From: Candidatus Bathyarchaeia archaeon
GTDB lineage: Archaea > Thermoproteota > Bathyarchaeia > Bathyarchaeales > Bathycorpusculaceae
Length of the DNA: 64,000 bases
NCBI GenBank assembly: GCA_038727135.1
Contig: JAVYWL010000004.1
Coordinates: 32,001 to 96,000 of the forward strand
Direction of reading: 5' to 3'
Shown: positions 29,458-39,610 of the stretch, piece after piece
Layout: every line of letters begins with the position of its first letter
Numbering within the stretch: position 1 is the stretch's first letter
Made by a program: the position numbers and the translations under genes
Notes under the pieces: model-generated
Seen by the model: the letters and a program-made list of their open reading frames with translations, nothing else
The model's database searches: none
What the model was told of the DNA's origin: nothing

Positions 29458-30420
29458 ATGAGCCTTGTTCCAGAAACGCTAATTGAAGCATTAAAGAAGC
29501 ATAAATACCATATCGTTGGTAGGCATTCAGCTGTCAAAAGATGTAGGTGGCTCTATGAGAGCCTCGTCCATGATAGACCATGTTATAAGCAGAAGTTTTA
29601 TGGGATAAAATCCCACCAGTGCATTCAAATGACTCCGGCACTTTTCTACTGCACGCAGAGATGCCTTTTCTGCTGGAGAGCCCAGAGCGGAGACCTCCAA
29701 ATTACATGGGAAGAAACCAAACTGCCAAAATGGGATTCCCCAGAAGAAATTGTTGAGGGAAGCATAAAAGCGCAACTTGAAATCTTAAGCGGGTATAAGG
29801 GCAACCCTAAGGCGAATCCTCAAAAGTTTAAGGAAGCCTTAAGACCAAGGCATGCAGCGATAAGCCTAACTGGCGAGCCAACCCTATATGGGCCTATAGG
29901 CGAGCTTATACATGCCTTCCACAAGAGAGGCTTCACAACTTTTCTGGTGTCTAACGGCACCGTTCCGTCCGCTTTGGCTAAAATAAATCACGAGCCAACC
30001 CAGCTTTATATTTCTGTCTGCGCTCCGAACAGGGAGATTCATCGAAAAGTTTGCCGTCCAATATCAGCGAATGCTTGGGAAAAGCTTAACGAAACGCTAG
30101 AGCTTCTCCAAAGTTTCAGTTGCCCAACAGTGATTCGCATAACTGCCGTGCGTGGTCTAAATATGAGGAATGTCGAGGAATATGCCAAACTAATAGAGAA
30201 GGCTAACCCCACATATGTTGAACCTAAAGCCTACATGCACGTTGGTTTTTCAAGGCTGCGGCTGGGTTACGAGAGCATGCCCAGCCACAAGGAAATACGT
30301 GAATTTGCACTACAGCTTGCAAGCGCCACTGGCTACAAGGTTATTGACGAGTCTGAAGAAAGCCGTGTAGTATTGTTAAGCAGGCTTGAAAAGCAGCCAA
30401 TAAGATTTTCATCGGATTAA
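29458..30420 (+). CDS. taw1: Radical SAM 4-demethylwyosine synthase (TYW1/Taw1)
   Basis: HSAVKRCRW, CYKQKFYGIKSHQC, CTQRCLFCWR, SLTGEPT, EPKAYM. Confidence 0.93.
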   Translation: MSLVPETLIEALKKHKYHIVGRHSAVKRCRWLYESLVHDRPCYKQKFYGIKSHQCIQMTPALFYCTQRCLFCWRAQSGDLQITWEETKLPKWDSPEEIVEGSIKAQLEILSGYKGNPKANPQKFKEALRPRHAAISLTGEPTLYGPIGELIHAFHKRGFTTFLVSNGTVPSALAKINHEPTQLYISVCAPNREIHRKVCRPISANAWEKLNETLELLQSFSCPTVIRITAVRGLNMRNVEEYAKLIEKANPTYVEPKAYMHVGFSRLRLGYESMPSHKEIREFALQLASATGYKVIDESEESRVVLLSRLEKQPIRFSSD

Positions 30421-30513
30421 GGCTAAGCGTTCTTTGTCTTGTCGGAGTAAAGGTTAAATAACTCGCTTTTCATTCATTGCTGTTCAAAAATCGCTTTCAT
30501 CGAGGTGCAACCC

Positions 30514-30717
30514 ATGGTTAATGAGGGAAAAGGCAGACTATTTAGGCGGAAGGATGGCAAATTCCTAATATACCTTCCAAAGGACTTGGCTGAAGACAGC
30601 ATGTTCCCCTTCAAAGGCTCGGATTCGATATTTGTAAAAGTAAGCTTCAAAATCGGAGACGACAAACTGCTCATTGAGCGCTGGCCAGAACAGCAAGAGA
30701 AACAGCAAAGCAGCTAA
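30514..30717 (+). CDS. Small hypothetical protein, AbrB/swapped-hairpin-like
   Basis: GKFLIYLPKDLA..V.V......LLIE pattern; GAGGTG RBS. Confidence 0.6.
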   Translation: MVNEGKGRLFRRKDGKFLIYLPKDLAEDSMFPFKGSDSIFVKVSFKIGDDKLLIERWPEQQEKQQSS

Positions 30718-30826
30718 AGGCCAAAAGCTTCAAAACTTTTCCGCCACCTTCCAAACTTTTTGGCAACGATAAAATAGCAGTTTCCCTTTAATTTCAGAGG
30801 AACAACGGAATAGAAGTGTTAAGTGT

Positions 30827-31483
30827 ATGGCCTCTTTAAAAACTGTTCTAAAGCAGATTAGGAAGGAGCTTAAGGGTAAAGAGAAAGTTCGAGATAAAGC
30901 CCAAGCTGACATGAGAAAATTAACCAGCATATCTAAACAAGCGATACTTTTTATCCACCAAAAAAGGCTTAAAGAGGCGAGGAGGCTTCTTGAAAAGGCT
31001 AAGGAGATAATTTCTAGGCTTAATGTAATTGCAAAGGAGCACCCAGACATAATTCACAGCGGCTTATATGACATTGCCCTTCAAGAGTATGCAGAGGCAA
31101 ACATATTTCTCACATTGATTGAGGAGGAGCGATTTATCACGCCCACTGAAATAAACGTGCCTTCTATAGATTATGTTCTTGGTCTTGCAGACGTTATCGG
31201 TGAGTATAGGCGTTTGGCTTTGGATGCTCTACGGGAGGGTGACGCGAGGAAAAGCGAGCAGTGCTTAAAAGTGATGGATGAAATTTATACGGAGCTTATG
31301 GCTATGGATGAAGCCTACATGCTCGTTCCGGGGCTTCGAAGAAAATGTGATGTTGCAAGAAAAATTATTGAAACCACAAGGGGCGACGTAACCCACGAAG
31401 TGCGAAGGCAATCTCTTGAAAAGTACATGAAACGTTTTGAAAGGTTGGAAAGACGCTTTGAGGCTCTTGAAAAAGGAAGATAG
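30827..31483 (+). CDS. Translin/TRAX (C3PO-like) family protein
   Basis: QEYAEA, YVLGLADVIGEYRR, LRRKCDV. Confidence 0.88.
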   Translation: MASLKTVLKQIRKELKGKEKVRDKAQADMRKLTSISKQAILFIHQKRLKEARRLLEKAKEIISRLNVIAKEHPDIIHSGLYDIALQEYAEANIFLTLIEEERFITPTEINVPSIDYVLGLADVIGEYRRLALDALREGDARKSEQCLKVMDEIYTELMAMDEAYMLVPGLRRKCDVARKIIETTRGDVTHEVRRQSLEKYMKRFERLERRFEALEKGR

Positions 31484-32173
31484 ATGAGCCTATCCGATTT
31501 GAAGTCCCGCTTTTCAATTGAGAAGGCACGCAAGGTGCAGCTCCAACTTTCAAAGCATATTATTTTTGAGGATAAGCTGCCAAAAGAAATTCGATACGTG
31601 GCAGGCGTCGATGTTGCCTACGCTGGAAACCTAGCTGTAAGCTCTGCTGTTGTTCTAGATTATGAGAGTTTAAAACTTGTTGAGGCTCAAACAGCTGCTC
31701 GCAAAGTTTCTTTTCCGTATGTTCCAACGCTTCTTTCATTTAGGGAATTACCGCCTACACTTATGTGCATTAAAAAGTTGAAAATTCAGCCGGACGTTTT
31801 CTTGGTTGACGGGCAAGGCTTTGCGCATCCGTACCGATGTGGTTTTGCAAGCCATTTGGGCGTCGTTATGGATAAGCCGACTATAGGTGTTGCGAAGAGC
31901 AAGCTTGTCGGCGAAGTTGAGCCCTTCGGTGAAAGGGATTTTGCTTATCTCTGGCATGAGGGTGAAATTGTTGGAGCTGCGCTAAAAACCTCTGTAGGGA
32001 AAGTTCTTTATGTTAGTGTTGGACATATGGTTTCGCTTGAAACAGCCATAAAGATTGTTAGGCACTGCATGCACTACGGTGGCATCCCAGAACCATTAAG
32101 AATGGCACATAAAATAGCAACAGCTGAGCGAAACAAAATCCGCCCTAAACATCCAAGTGATTGTAAAGTGTAA
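31484..32173 (+). CDS. nfi: Endonuclease V
   Basis: GVDVAY, FPYVPTLLSFRE, VDGQGFAHP, IGVAKS, YVSVGH, PEPLRMAH. Confidence 0.95.
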   Translation: MSLSDLKSRFSIEKARKVQLQLSKHIIFEDKLPKEIRYVAGVDVAYAGNLAVSSAVVLDYESLKLVEAQTAARKVSFPYVPTLLSFRELPPTLMCIKKLKIQPDVFLVDGQGFAHPYRCGFASHLGVVMDKPTIGVAKSKLVGEVEPFGERDFAYLWHEGEIVGAALKTSVGKVLYVSVGHMVSLETAIKIVRHCMHYGGIPEPLRMAHKIATAERNKIRPKHPSDCKV

Positions 32174-32222
32174 TATCCTTGTAAAGATGTAAAATAGGTG
32201 AATAGTATTAAACCGACAGCGG

Positions 32223-32969
32223 ATGCGTGAAAGTTTGCTTCATCCGAAAATAAAGGCCATAACAGAGAAAATTCGTGACAAGGAACTTCGTAAAAAGGTT
32301 GTTGAACTTCTTGAGAATCCAGTTTTTGAGGTTGGCGGTAAAGTCTATTCTGGCTTACCGTTAAACACCGCGCCAGCTGGCTTGTCCCATCATCACTGTT
32401 ATCCTGGCGGCTACATAGAGCACATAGTCTCTACGACAAATTTGGCTTTGGCGTTGTGCAATTCTGTCGAGAAAGTTTATCATGGGAAAGTGAACCGTGA
32501 CCTTGTTGTGGCTGGCATTTTGCTCCACGACATCTTCAAACCAGTAACCTACACGGTTAATGAAAATGGGAGTTATGGCACAACTGGTTTGGCCGACTAC
32601 ATGGACCACTTGTCCATCGTCATATCAGAGCTTGTTCGAAGAGGCTTTCCGCTGGAGCTTATTCACGTAGTTTCCGCCCACCACGGAGAATACGGCCCAA
32701 TCAGACCGCACACAATTGAAGCCTTAATCTGCCACCTGGCGGATTTAATGGATTCGCGATTAAACGGCGAAGTCCTAAACGCTGCAGCTTATCTGGTTAA
32801 GAGAGCAGTTGGCGAAGAGCTGCCGGGCTTAACCTCGAAAGAGGCCTTCGAAATAATCTATTCGAAGGCTGCCGAAGGATGGGAAGGCGTGGCAAAAACC
32901 GTTGAAAAAATAAAGAAGAGAAGACTGCACGCAAAACTTAAAAGTGCTTCGTATACGAATTTGAGGTGA
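32223..32969 (+). CDS. HD-domain phosphodiesterase, MptB (dihydroneopterin 2',3'-cyclic phosphate phosphodiesterase)-like
   Basis: APA...HHCYPGGYIEH, LLHDIFKP, AHHG, P.TIEA..HLAD; no N-terminal OB fold. Confidence 0.7.
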   Translation: MRESLLHPKIKAITEKIRDKELRKKVVELLENPVFEVGGKVYSGLPLNTAPAGLSHHHCYPGGYIEHIVSTTNLALALCNSVEKVYHGKVNRDLVVAGILLHDIFKPVTYTVNENGSYGTTGLADYMDHLSIVISELVRRGFPLELIHVVSAHHGEYGPIRPHTIEALICHLADLMDSRLNGEVLNAAAYLVKRAVGEELPGLTSKEAFEIIYSKAAEGWEGVAKTVEKIKKRRLHAKLKSASYTNLR

Positions 32970-33304
32970 TGCCTATGACGGAAATAACACTTGAAGAGTT
33001 TCAAAAACTTGACATGCGTGTTGGAAAAGTTTTGGAGGCAAACCAAATTCCGGGTTCACGAAACCTGATAAGAATGATCGTGGACTTTGGAACAGAGAAA
33101 CGCCAAGCTGTAGCTGGGCTTCTTCAATGGTATAAACCATCAGACCTTGTCGGCAAGAAATTCGCCTTCATCCTAAACCTTCAGCGGAGAAAATTCATGG
33201 GTGTGGAATCTCAATGCATGATTTTGGCGGCTGAAGACGACAAAGGCAACGTCGTAGTCCTACAACCAGAAAAGGATATAGCTGAAGGGAGTAAAATCTA
33301 CTAA
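32966..33304 (+). CDS. Stand-alone tRNA-binding OB domain (Trbp111/CsaA/MetRS C-terminal-like)
   Basis: FQKLDMRVG, NL..RKFMGVESQCMILAA. Confidence 0.9.
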   Translation: MMPMTEITLEEFQKLDMRVGKVLEANQIPGSRNLIRMIVDFGTEKRQAVAGLLQWYKPSDLVGKKFAFILNLQRRKFMGVESQCMILAAEDDKGNVVVLQPEKDIAEGSKIY

Positions 33305-33309
33305 AGGCA

Positions 33310-34569
33310 TTAACTCAACAATTTGTTTATCTTTTCAGCTTTTTCCTTGCCTTCAGCTAAATATTCAACCATTTCCGGGGTTAGGTCAAGCCACTTCGCT
33401 ATTCCAGCGGCCATTTCCATGTTGTTTTTGAAGATTATCCGTAAGTATGGAAGAATCTCTTTCAAGGCTCTTGTGGCTGATATGTGGCATCTGCGCTTAA
33501 TTTTTCGGCCTATCTCCAACTGCATTGTCCGCTCCTCTTTAGACCTTGCTAATGCTTGTATCCGCTCTGGAAAGCGGAAGGGAGTCCAACCAGAAGTTTT
33601 TGTGTTAACCCTTGCCATGGCTACACCGGCAGTCATAAAGTCAATTACATAGCGCACGAAACTCCAGTCTTGTGTGCTTCTTATTCTCCCACGGTAAACG
33701 TCAGCCATTGAAAGAGCATCCATTGCTCTAGCCAAGTCGTGAGGATCTGTCAAGTGAGCTGGAACATTCTCGTAAATCCATTCAAAGAGCATGTCGATAT
33801 CCACGTCTGCCATGTTGACGGCTCGTTTAGCCCCTTCACATGTTTTCCCATACAAAATCATTCGCAGAACTGTGAATATTGTTTCTTGACGGTCTCGGAA
33901 ACCAAGCCACACCACATCCTCATATGTTAGGCGTTTTCTGCCCTGTGCCAAGGCTTGAAGATCCGTTACTGCCGAGCGGATGTCACCTTCTGAACGTTGA
34001 GCAATAAACTTTAAGGCGTTCTCCTCTGCGTCTATACCCTCTTTTAGGCATATAGCCTTCAAGTGCTTTAGGACATCAGTTACTGGAGGCTTTTTAAACT
34101 CTATTAATAGGCAGTAGTTGCGGAGGTTAGCGAACCTCGGGTCAAAGGCGTTGTTGGCGATGAGCACTATTGGGCATTGAGCCGTTTTAATTATGTCTGT
34201 TATGGCTTTAACTCCGCCTTTATCCGCTGTACCAGTCAATCCGTCCAGTTCGTCGAATAGGATTATCCTTTTTGTGCCGAATAGTGAACCGTATTGGGAT
34301 GCAAGTCCCGCAAAGCGTTTTACAGCTTCTTCTGTCCTATAATCGCTGGCGTTTTTCTCCACCAACTCCATTTTAAAATCGTTTGCCAAAGCCTCAACAG
34401 TGACAGTTTTCCCAACACCCGGCGGTCCGTAAAGAAAAACCGCCCTCTTTTTCGGTATCCCCTCATCCCAAGATTTTACCCATTCAACAAACTTTTGTAC
34501 GGCTTCCCGATTTCCAACAACCTCTTTCAAACTTTTTGGCTTGTACTTAACAGTCCAAGGCTGATACAC
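33310..34569 (-). CDS. rfcL: Replication factor C large subunit
   Basis: WTVKYKP, GPPGVGKT, NASDYR, FDELD, GDIRSA. Confidence 0.95.
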   Translation of the reverse strand: MYQPWTVKYKPKSLKEVVGNREAVQKFVEWVKSWDEGIPKKRAVFLYGPPGVGKTVTVEALANDFKMELVEKNASDYRTEEAVKRFAGLASQYGSLFGTKRIILFDELDGLTGTADKGGVKAITDIIKTAQCPIVLIANNAFDPRFANLRNYCLLIEFKKPPVTDVLKHLKAICLKEGIDAEENALKFIAQRSEGDIRSAVTDLQALAQGRKRLTYEDVVWLGFRDRQETIFTVLRMILYGKTCEGAKRAVNMADVDIDMLFEWIYENVPAHLTDPHDLARAMDALSMADVYRGRIRSTQDWSFVRYVIDFMTAGVAMARVNTKTSGWTPFRFPERIQALARSKEERTMQLEIGRKIKRRCHISATRALKEILPYLRIIFKNNMEMAAGIAKWLDLTPEMVEYLAEGKEKAEKINKLLS

Positions 34570-34572
34570 GTT

Positions 34573-35550
34573 TTACACCTTTCTCGTTCCCTTAATTTCG
34601 TAGGCTGCCTCAACGAGTCTGGCTAGTAACGCGCTTAATTGGACCTCTTCATCTGCGCCCTCAACAAGCCTATAATCAATTTCCCCAACAATGTCGGCTA
34701 ACTTTATCTTCCATGGTTCCGGAATGTCCGCCCTAAAAATTTCTGTGTGGATTTGGCGGATTATGTCGCTTCCAGCCACTCCATATTTCTGAATCATTTC
34801 TCGGAGCTGTTTTCGCGCCTCGAGGAAGTTGCCCTTCATGGCTGTTTCAATCATTTTCTGCACGTCTGCTGGGTTGGCTCTTCCAGCAATTGAATAAACA
34901 ATTTTTGCGTCCACTGGTTTGCCCAAAGAGGCGGCGGCTTGCAACGTGTTTATTGCTCTTCGCAAGTCTCCGCCGCAAACCTCGTAGATGGCGTCCAGCC
35001 CATCATTCAGAAGTTTTACGCCCTCGTTTTCAGCTATGTACCGCAAATACTTGTCGTGTTCCTCGCGTGGTAGGTATGTGAAGCGGAAGGGTGCACAACG
35101 CGACTGTATGGGCTCTATTATTTTTCCGCTGTAATTGGCGCACAATATGAAACGGCATGTTTCCGTATAACGCTCCATAGTCCGCCTCAAAGCTTGCTGA
35201 GCGTCCGCGGTCATGTTGTCCGCCTCATCTAAAATCATTATTTTGAATGGAACCTCGCCGATGGAGCGCACCCTAGCAAAAGTTTTGACAGTTTCCCGAA
35301 CAACATCTATGCCCCTCTCGTCGCTGGCGTTCAACTCCATAATGTATTCGCGGTAAGATTCACCATAAAGGTCCCTAGCCAGACAAAGAGCTGCCGTAGT
35401 CTTCCCAGTGCCGGGCGGTCCGGCAAAAATGCAGTGGGGCACATTTTTAGCTTTAACAAAACTTTTAAGGCGCTCCACTATCTCCTTCTGGTTCACCATT
35501 TCATCCAATGTTTTTGGTCTGTACTTTTCAGCCCACATCTCAAAACTCAA
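34573..35550 (-). CDS. rfcS: Replication factor C small subunit
   Basis: WAEKYRP, GPPGTGKT, NASDERG, DEAD, IQSRC. Confidence 0.97.
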   Translation of the reverse strand: MSFEMWAEKYRPKTLDEMVNQKEIVERLKSFVKAKNVPHCIFAGPPGTGKTTAALCLARDLYGESYREYIMELNASDERGIDVVRETVKTFARVRSIGEVPFKIMILDEADNMTADAQQALRRTMERYTETCRFILCANYSGKIIEPIQSRCAPFRFTYLPREEHDKYLRYIAENEGVKLLNDGLDAIYEVCGGDLRRAINTLQAAASLGKPVDAKIVYSIAGRANPADVQKMIETAMKGNFLEARKQLREMIQKYGVAGSDIIRQIHTEIFRADIPEPWKIKLADIVGEIDYRLVEGADEEVQLSALLARLVEAAYEIKGTRKV

Positions 35551-35625
35551 TTGGAGAGCCTCCTACCGTTTTCATAATAAGGGAAGAGTTAATAAATACT
35601 TGTTTGGCTTCCCTAAAAGCTATTT

Positions 35626-37575
35626 TTAAGCTTCAGCCTTTTCTTCCTTTTCGAGGAAACCGGTTAAGAATATTGCATATTCACATGGGTGTTCATTTTG
35701 TAGTAGGGACTTTATGATTTTTATTTTCCCTTTCTTTCCGTGACTCACCCTTGAGATTATGTATTCGATCGTTTTTTTGCGGAGGCTGCAGAGCCACGTT
35801 TTCTGTCCCGTTTTTACAAGTTTGTAATAGGGACAGCTTTTGTATTTGAGGGTGAAACCCCCTTCAAAATATTCTATTTCAACTTCTATGCCGAGTTCTC
35901 TGTACATGTCTGTAATTCTTTCACCAACCTCCCTTATTGTCCATGGATAATCGTCCGGGAATAGCTCGTCAAGTTGTTCCTTTTCTATGGCGAACGCTTC
36001 CTCCACAGAGTTGCATGACATGCCTTCGATCAATGTTTGCATAAGCTTTTTCCGTGGCAATGGTTCAAGTATAGGCTTTTCCAAAAGTTTTAGTTTGAAA
36101 CTTAGGAGATTTTGGAAGGTTGTTGTCGTTATTTCATAGCCTAACTCTCTAAACATGGATTCTATCAGAACTCTTTGACTGTTCATTACGAGGGGATCTA
36201 TACGCTTAAAAATTATGGTGAAATGTTCATCATCCACGAAGCGAACCTCAGCATCTGGCTGGGTTGCATTAATATTTTTGAGGATGAAATTTTTGGCGAG
36301 TCTCTTAATCCTTTCAGGGTCGTTTCTTGCTAACATGCGGATGGCATTAGATATGCGGGTCCCGGTTACACGATATATCTCCTCAAACTTCCGCTTATCG
36401 CTTTCATAAACTTTTAAGGCGAAGGAATTGAAGAGGTCACGTGGGACAGGAATAACATCCAAGAATTGTTTGCCAATAACTTGGAAAAGGCTTAACTCAG
36501 CCAGCTGGTCGAGGAGGCTTTGGTCTTCCGCCCCCACATACTGAATTGTCATGTTAACTGTAGTGTGTTCTGTCGTGTAGTTCAAAGTCTTCCATCCGCG
36601 AGTCGCCAGCATGACAGATAAGGCTGCTACAGATATCCGAGTTATTGAAGGTAGCGCGGCCTGAAAAACAAGTTCCAAGACGTTTTCATCTTTCTCGATT
36701 AAAACCTTTGCCTGTTTAAACCAGTTCATTTTTACAAACGCGGATAATAATGCTTTCACAAAATCCTTTGGCTCCTTTGGAAACTCGTCTACCCCTAAAA
36801 CAATTCTTGCATCCTCTAAAAGATTGCCCAAATCTGATATTGGCTCTTCCAGATGTTTTTCTGCCCAGCTCATGAAGGCTGGTCCAACAAGCATTAGGGT
36901 ACCCTTAAACAGTCCGGGGGTGACTTTTGCTAGTTCATTTTCAACTTGTTGTTCCAGGAACTCTCCGAACTCTTTCTTCCTTAGGGGGTAAACTTCTGGC
37001 CTCACCATTTTTACGGCTATGTCTTCGCCCATAACGCGAATGTCGAAGTAAACTCCTATTCCTTCCAGTATTGTGGCAGTGTTGAAGGCGACTATTATCG
37101 GCAAACGCTTGAAAACTTTTGGTCTTAAAATTGCTATATTGTCGATTTCGCTATAGGATGGTATTTCATACATGTTTGTGAGATTTCTAATTTCCTCCAA
37201 GATTATGAGGAATTCTTTAAAGTTTGATGGTGGCTTCCAGCTGATGGAGCTTTTGAGAATTTCAATGGTGTTTTTTGCTTCTGCTTTTTGTTCCTTTATA
37301 AAATCCTCAATTGTTTTGTTTCCTATGGCTATTTCTAGGAGGCTGTCTAGGTTTCTTCTGCTAATTGAGGCTAGGTCGAGAGCTTCTTTAAGCTTGGTCT
37401 GCTCGTTTACCTTAGCTTTTATGGCGCAGTCGTCACATGAGCCAACCTTATCCACTCTAAGCAAGGTTTCGAGGGCTTTTTCAAGGGCGCGGCTTTTTGT
37501 GCCATACGTTTTGGCTAGCTCTTCAAGTATTTCATTTGCTTTTCTTGTTATTGTTGTGTGTAGGTGGACAGACAT
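35626..37575 (-). CDS. Predicted transcriptional regulator: N-terminal ribbon-helix-helix, CxxC, about four V4R/HNOX-like domains
   Basis: MSVHLHTTITRKANEILEELAKTYGTKSRALEKAL fits an RHH pattern; CDDC; C-terminal CPYY...LC...CEY resembles V4R. Confidence 0.6.
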   Translation of the reverse strand: MSVHLHTTITRKANEILEELAKTYGTKSRALEKALETLLRVDKVGSCDDCAIKAKVNEQTKLKEALDLASISRRNLDSLLEIAIGNKTIEDFIKEQKAEAKNTIEILKSSISWKPPSNFKEFLIILEEIRNLTNMYEIPSYSEIDNIAILRPKVFKRLPIIVAFNTATILEGIGVYFDIRVMGEDIAVKMVRPEVYPLRKKEFGEFLEQQVENELAKVTPGLFKGTLMLVGPAFMSWAEKHLEEPISDLGNLLEDARIVLGVDEFPKEPKDFVKALLSAFVKMNWFKQAKVLIEKDENVLELVFQAALPSITRISVAALSVMLATRGWKTLNYTTEHTTVNMTIQYVGAEDQSLLDQLAELSLFQVIGKQFLDVIPVPRDLFNSFALKVYESDKRKFEEIYRVTGTRISNAIRMLARNDPERIKRLAKNFILKNINATQPDAEVRFVDDEHFTIIFKRIDPLVMNSQRVLIESMFRELGYEITTTTFQNLLSFKLKLLEKPILEPLPRKKLMQTLIEGMSCNSVEEAFAIEKEQLDELFPDDYPWTIREVGERITDMYRELGIEVEIEYFEGGFTLKYKSCPYYKLVKTGQKTWLCSLRKKTIEYIISRVSHGKKGKIKIIKSLLQNEHPCEYAIFLTGFLEKEEKAEA

Positions 37576-37616
37576 GGCGCCTCACGTGTTTACCTATTTA
37601 GAGGCCGCTTTTAAAT

Positions 37617-37653
37617 ATGTTCACATTTCTCAGAAAAATGTACACATGAACAC
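37617..37653. promoter_or_regulatory. ATGTWCAC repeats adjacent to the regulator's TATA-like box
   Basis: ATGTTCAC 37617, ATGTACAC 37638, ATGAACAC 37646; TTTTAAAT at 37609-37616. Confidence 0.55.
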
Positions 37654-37669
37654 ACAGAAAAATAGGGGG

Positions 37670-39448
37670 TTATCTTTGTACTAGCAAAGGTTCAATTCGT
37701 GTAAGTTTTGTTCCTTTTCTTGTCATGAGGGCGTCAGCGACTCTTTTTACAGCCAACATGTAGGCGGCTACACGCATGTTTACATTATACTGTTTTGAAA
37801 TTTCTAGAACATCATAGAAAGCCTTAGTTATCGTTTCCTTCAGCTTGTTCCGCACTTCCTCCTCTGTCCAATAGTAGTTCATCTGGTTCTGCACCTGCTC
37901 AAAGTAGCTGACAATTACACCGCCTGAATTCGCCAGAATGTCTGGTATCACAAATACTCCCTTTTTGAAGAGAATTTCGTCGGCTTCTGGGGTTGTTGGT
38001 CCGTTGGCTCCTTCGGCTATTATTTTTGCTTTTATTTTGTCTGCGTTTGCCTTTGTTATCTGATTCTCTAAGGCTGCCGGCACCAAAATATCGCATTCTA
38101 ATTCTAACAGTTGTTCGTTTGTTATGAATGTGCTTTCAGGGTAATCAACCACCGAGCCTGTTCTGTTTTTGTGTTCAAGCACTTTTTCCGGGTCTAGCCC
38201 GTTTGAGTTGTATATTCCGCCTTTTGAGTCTGAAACTGCTATAATTTTGCATCCAACCTCGTGCAGGAGGCGTGCCGCATGATATCCAACATTTCCATAG
38301 CCTTGCACAGCTACTGTTGCGCCATTTAGGTTTATTCCTAGATGTTTAGCGGCTTCTATCACTGTGTACATTAAGCCTCTTGAAGTTGCCTCGCTTCTTC
38401 CGCGGGAACCGCCAACACTGACGGGTTTTCCTGTTACAACTCCGAAGGCTGGGTAGCCGACGATTTCGCTGTATTCATCCATTATCCAGGCCATTGTTTG
38501 GGCGTCTGTGTAAACATCCGGCGCCGGCACATCGATGTTTGGACCTATAAATTTCGCTATAGTCCGTACATACCCTCTTGTTAGACGTTCCAATTCGGCC
38601 TTGGACATTTCCTTGGGGTTGCATCTGATTCCGCCTTTAGCGCCTCCTAGCGGTAGTCCTACAACCGCTGTTTTCCATGTCATCCATGCCGCTAATGCCG
38701 TAACCTCGTCTAATGTTAGCTCTGGGTGGTATCGGATGCCGCCCTTAGTTGGACCTAATGCATCGTTATATTGTACACGGTAACCCGTAAAAACTTGAAT
38801 GCTCCCGTCATCCATAACCACTGGAATATTAACTATTAGGGTGCGCATAGGACGCTTCAAAATTTCATGGATGCCAGGATCAAGCTTCAGTTTTTCGGCT
38901 GCAATGTCCAACTGTTTAAGGGCGGCTTCATAAGGGTTTGGCGTAACAGCTAAGGGCGCCAAAGTATCTATTTTAACAAATACGGCTGTCTGGAGTTTCT
39001 CGACAAGATTTGTTAGAATTTGTCTCGCCACTTCGCCGTTTCCTTCTTTGCTTCCGTAAAACCAAATGTAGGTTTCAGCAACGGCATCCTCCCTTCTTGA
39101 AAACATTGAACCAACGGGCACCATTTTCGGATTTTCACAGAAATAGTCCACGAGGATCCGCAGCATGTTCAACTCTTCAGAGGTTAATGGCAGAAGCTTT
39201 CTTATAGGCTCTGGCGCCTTAACATGGACATATTCGGCTTCCGTGATCTTCTTTTGGAGTTCTTCAAAAACTTTTAGAGAGTCTTCGATTGGTATTCCAA
39301 AGTTTTCTGTGTATGTTGTTAGAAGGGCATAGTGGGCGGTTGTATAACTTTCTATCTTTGCGGTCAGCTCAGGTTTTTCAGCGAAGAAGTCCACCATTAG
39401 TTTAAGCATTCCTAGCTCTCTTGCGGAAAGCTCCACAGAGTTTAACAT
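37670..39448 (-). CDS. gdhA: Glutamate dehydrogenase with about 170-aa duplicated N-terminal extension
   Basis: [37 protein letters not shown]; likely ATG start 39448 after GGGGTGG RBS. Confidence 0.92.
   Translation of the reverse strand: MLNSVELSARELGMLKLMVDFFAEKPELTAKIESYTTAHYALLTTYTENFGIPIEDSLKVFEELQKKITEAEYVHVKAPEPIRKLLPLTSEELNMLRILVDYFCENPKMVPVGSMFSRREDAVAETYIWFYGSKEGNGEVARQILTNLVEKLQTAVFVKIDTLAPLAVTPNPYEAALKQLDIAAEKLKLDPGIHEILKRPMRTLIVNIPVVMDDGSIQVFTGYRVQYNDALGPTKGGIRYHPELTLDEVTALAAWMTWKTAVVGLPLGGAKGGIRCNPKEMSKAELERLTRGYVRTIAKFIGPNIDVPAPDVYTDAQTMAWIMDEYSEIVGYPAFGVVTGKPVSVGGSRGRSEATSRGLMYTVIEAAKHLGINLNGATVAVQGYGNVGYHAARLLHEVGCKIIAVSDSKGGIYNSNGLDPEKVLEHKNRTGSVVDYPESTFITNEQLLELECDILVPAALENQITKANADKIKAKIIAEGANGPTTPEADEILFKKGVFVIPDILANSGGVIVSYFEQVQNQMNYYWTEEEVRNKLKETITKAFYDVLEISKQYNVNMRVAAYMLAVKRVADALMTRKGTKLTRIEPLLVQR
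37979..38083. repeat. 105-bp perfect inverted repeat, copy 1 (partner 43032-43136)
   Basis: Base-by-base identical to the reverse complement of 43032-43136. Confidence 0.93.
38478..38533. repeat. 56-bp perfect inverted repeat, copy 1 (partner 42582-42637)
   Basis: Base-by-base identical to the reverse complement of 42582-42637. Confidence 0.92.
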
Positions 39449-39491
39449 TTCATTTTCCACCCCTTCTTGTTCTAGAGCCTTAATATGACTT

Positions 39492-39539
39492 ATGTTCAAC
39501 TATAGAAATATTATGTTCATAATGTACACAACTGTACAT
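39492..39539. promoter_or_regulatory. Cluster of ATGTWCA repeats in the divergent gdh/KaiC-like promoter
   Basis: ATGTTCA 39492 and 39513, ATGTACA 39522, TGTACAT 39533. Confidence 0.55.
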
Positions 39540-39610
39540 CATTAAACCATCCGAAGCGACGACGTAACATTTTTAATGACGTATGTGAACCTTACACCCG
39601 GTGCATTTCA

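Noticed and set aside
37670-39448. Extended GDH as a catalytically dead regulatory subunit
   Set aside because: Substrate-binding and catalytic Lys motifs (KGG, MTWK, GGAKGG), PAPD and GxGNVG are all intact
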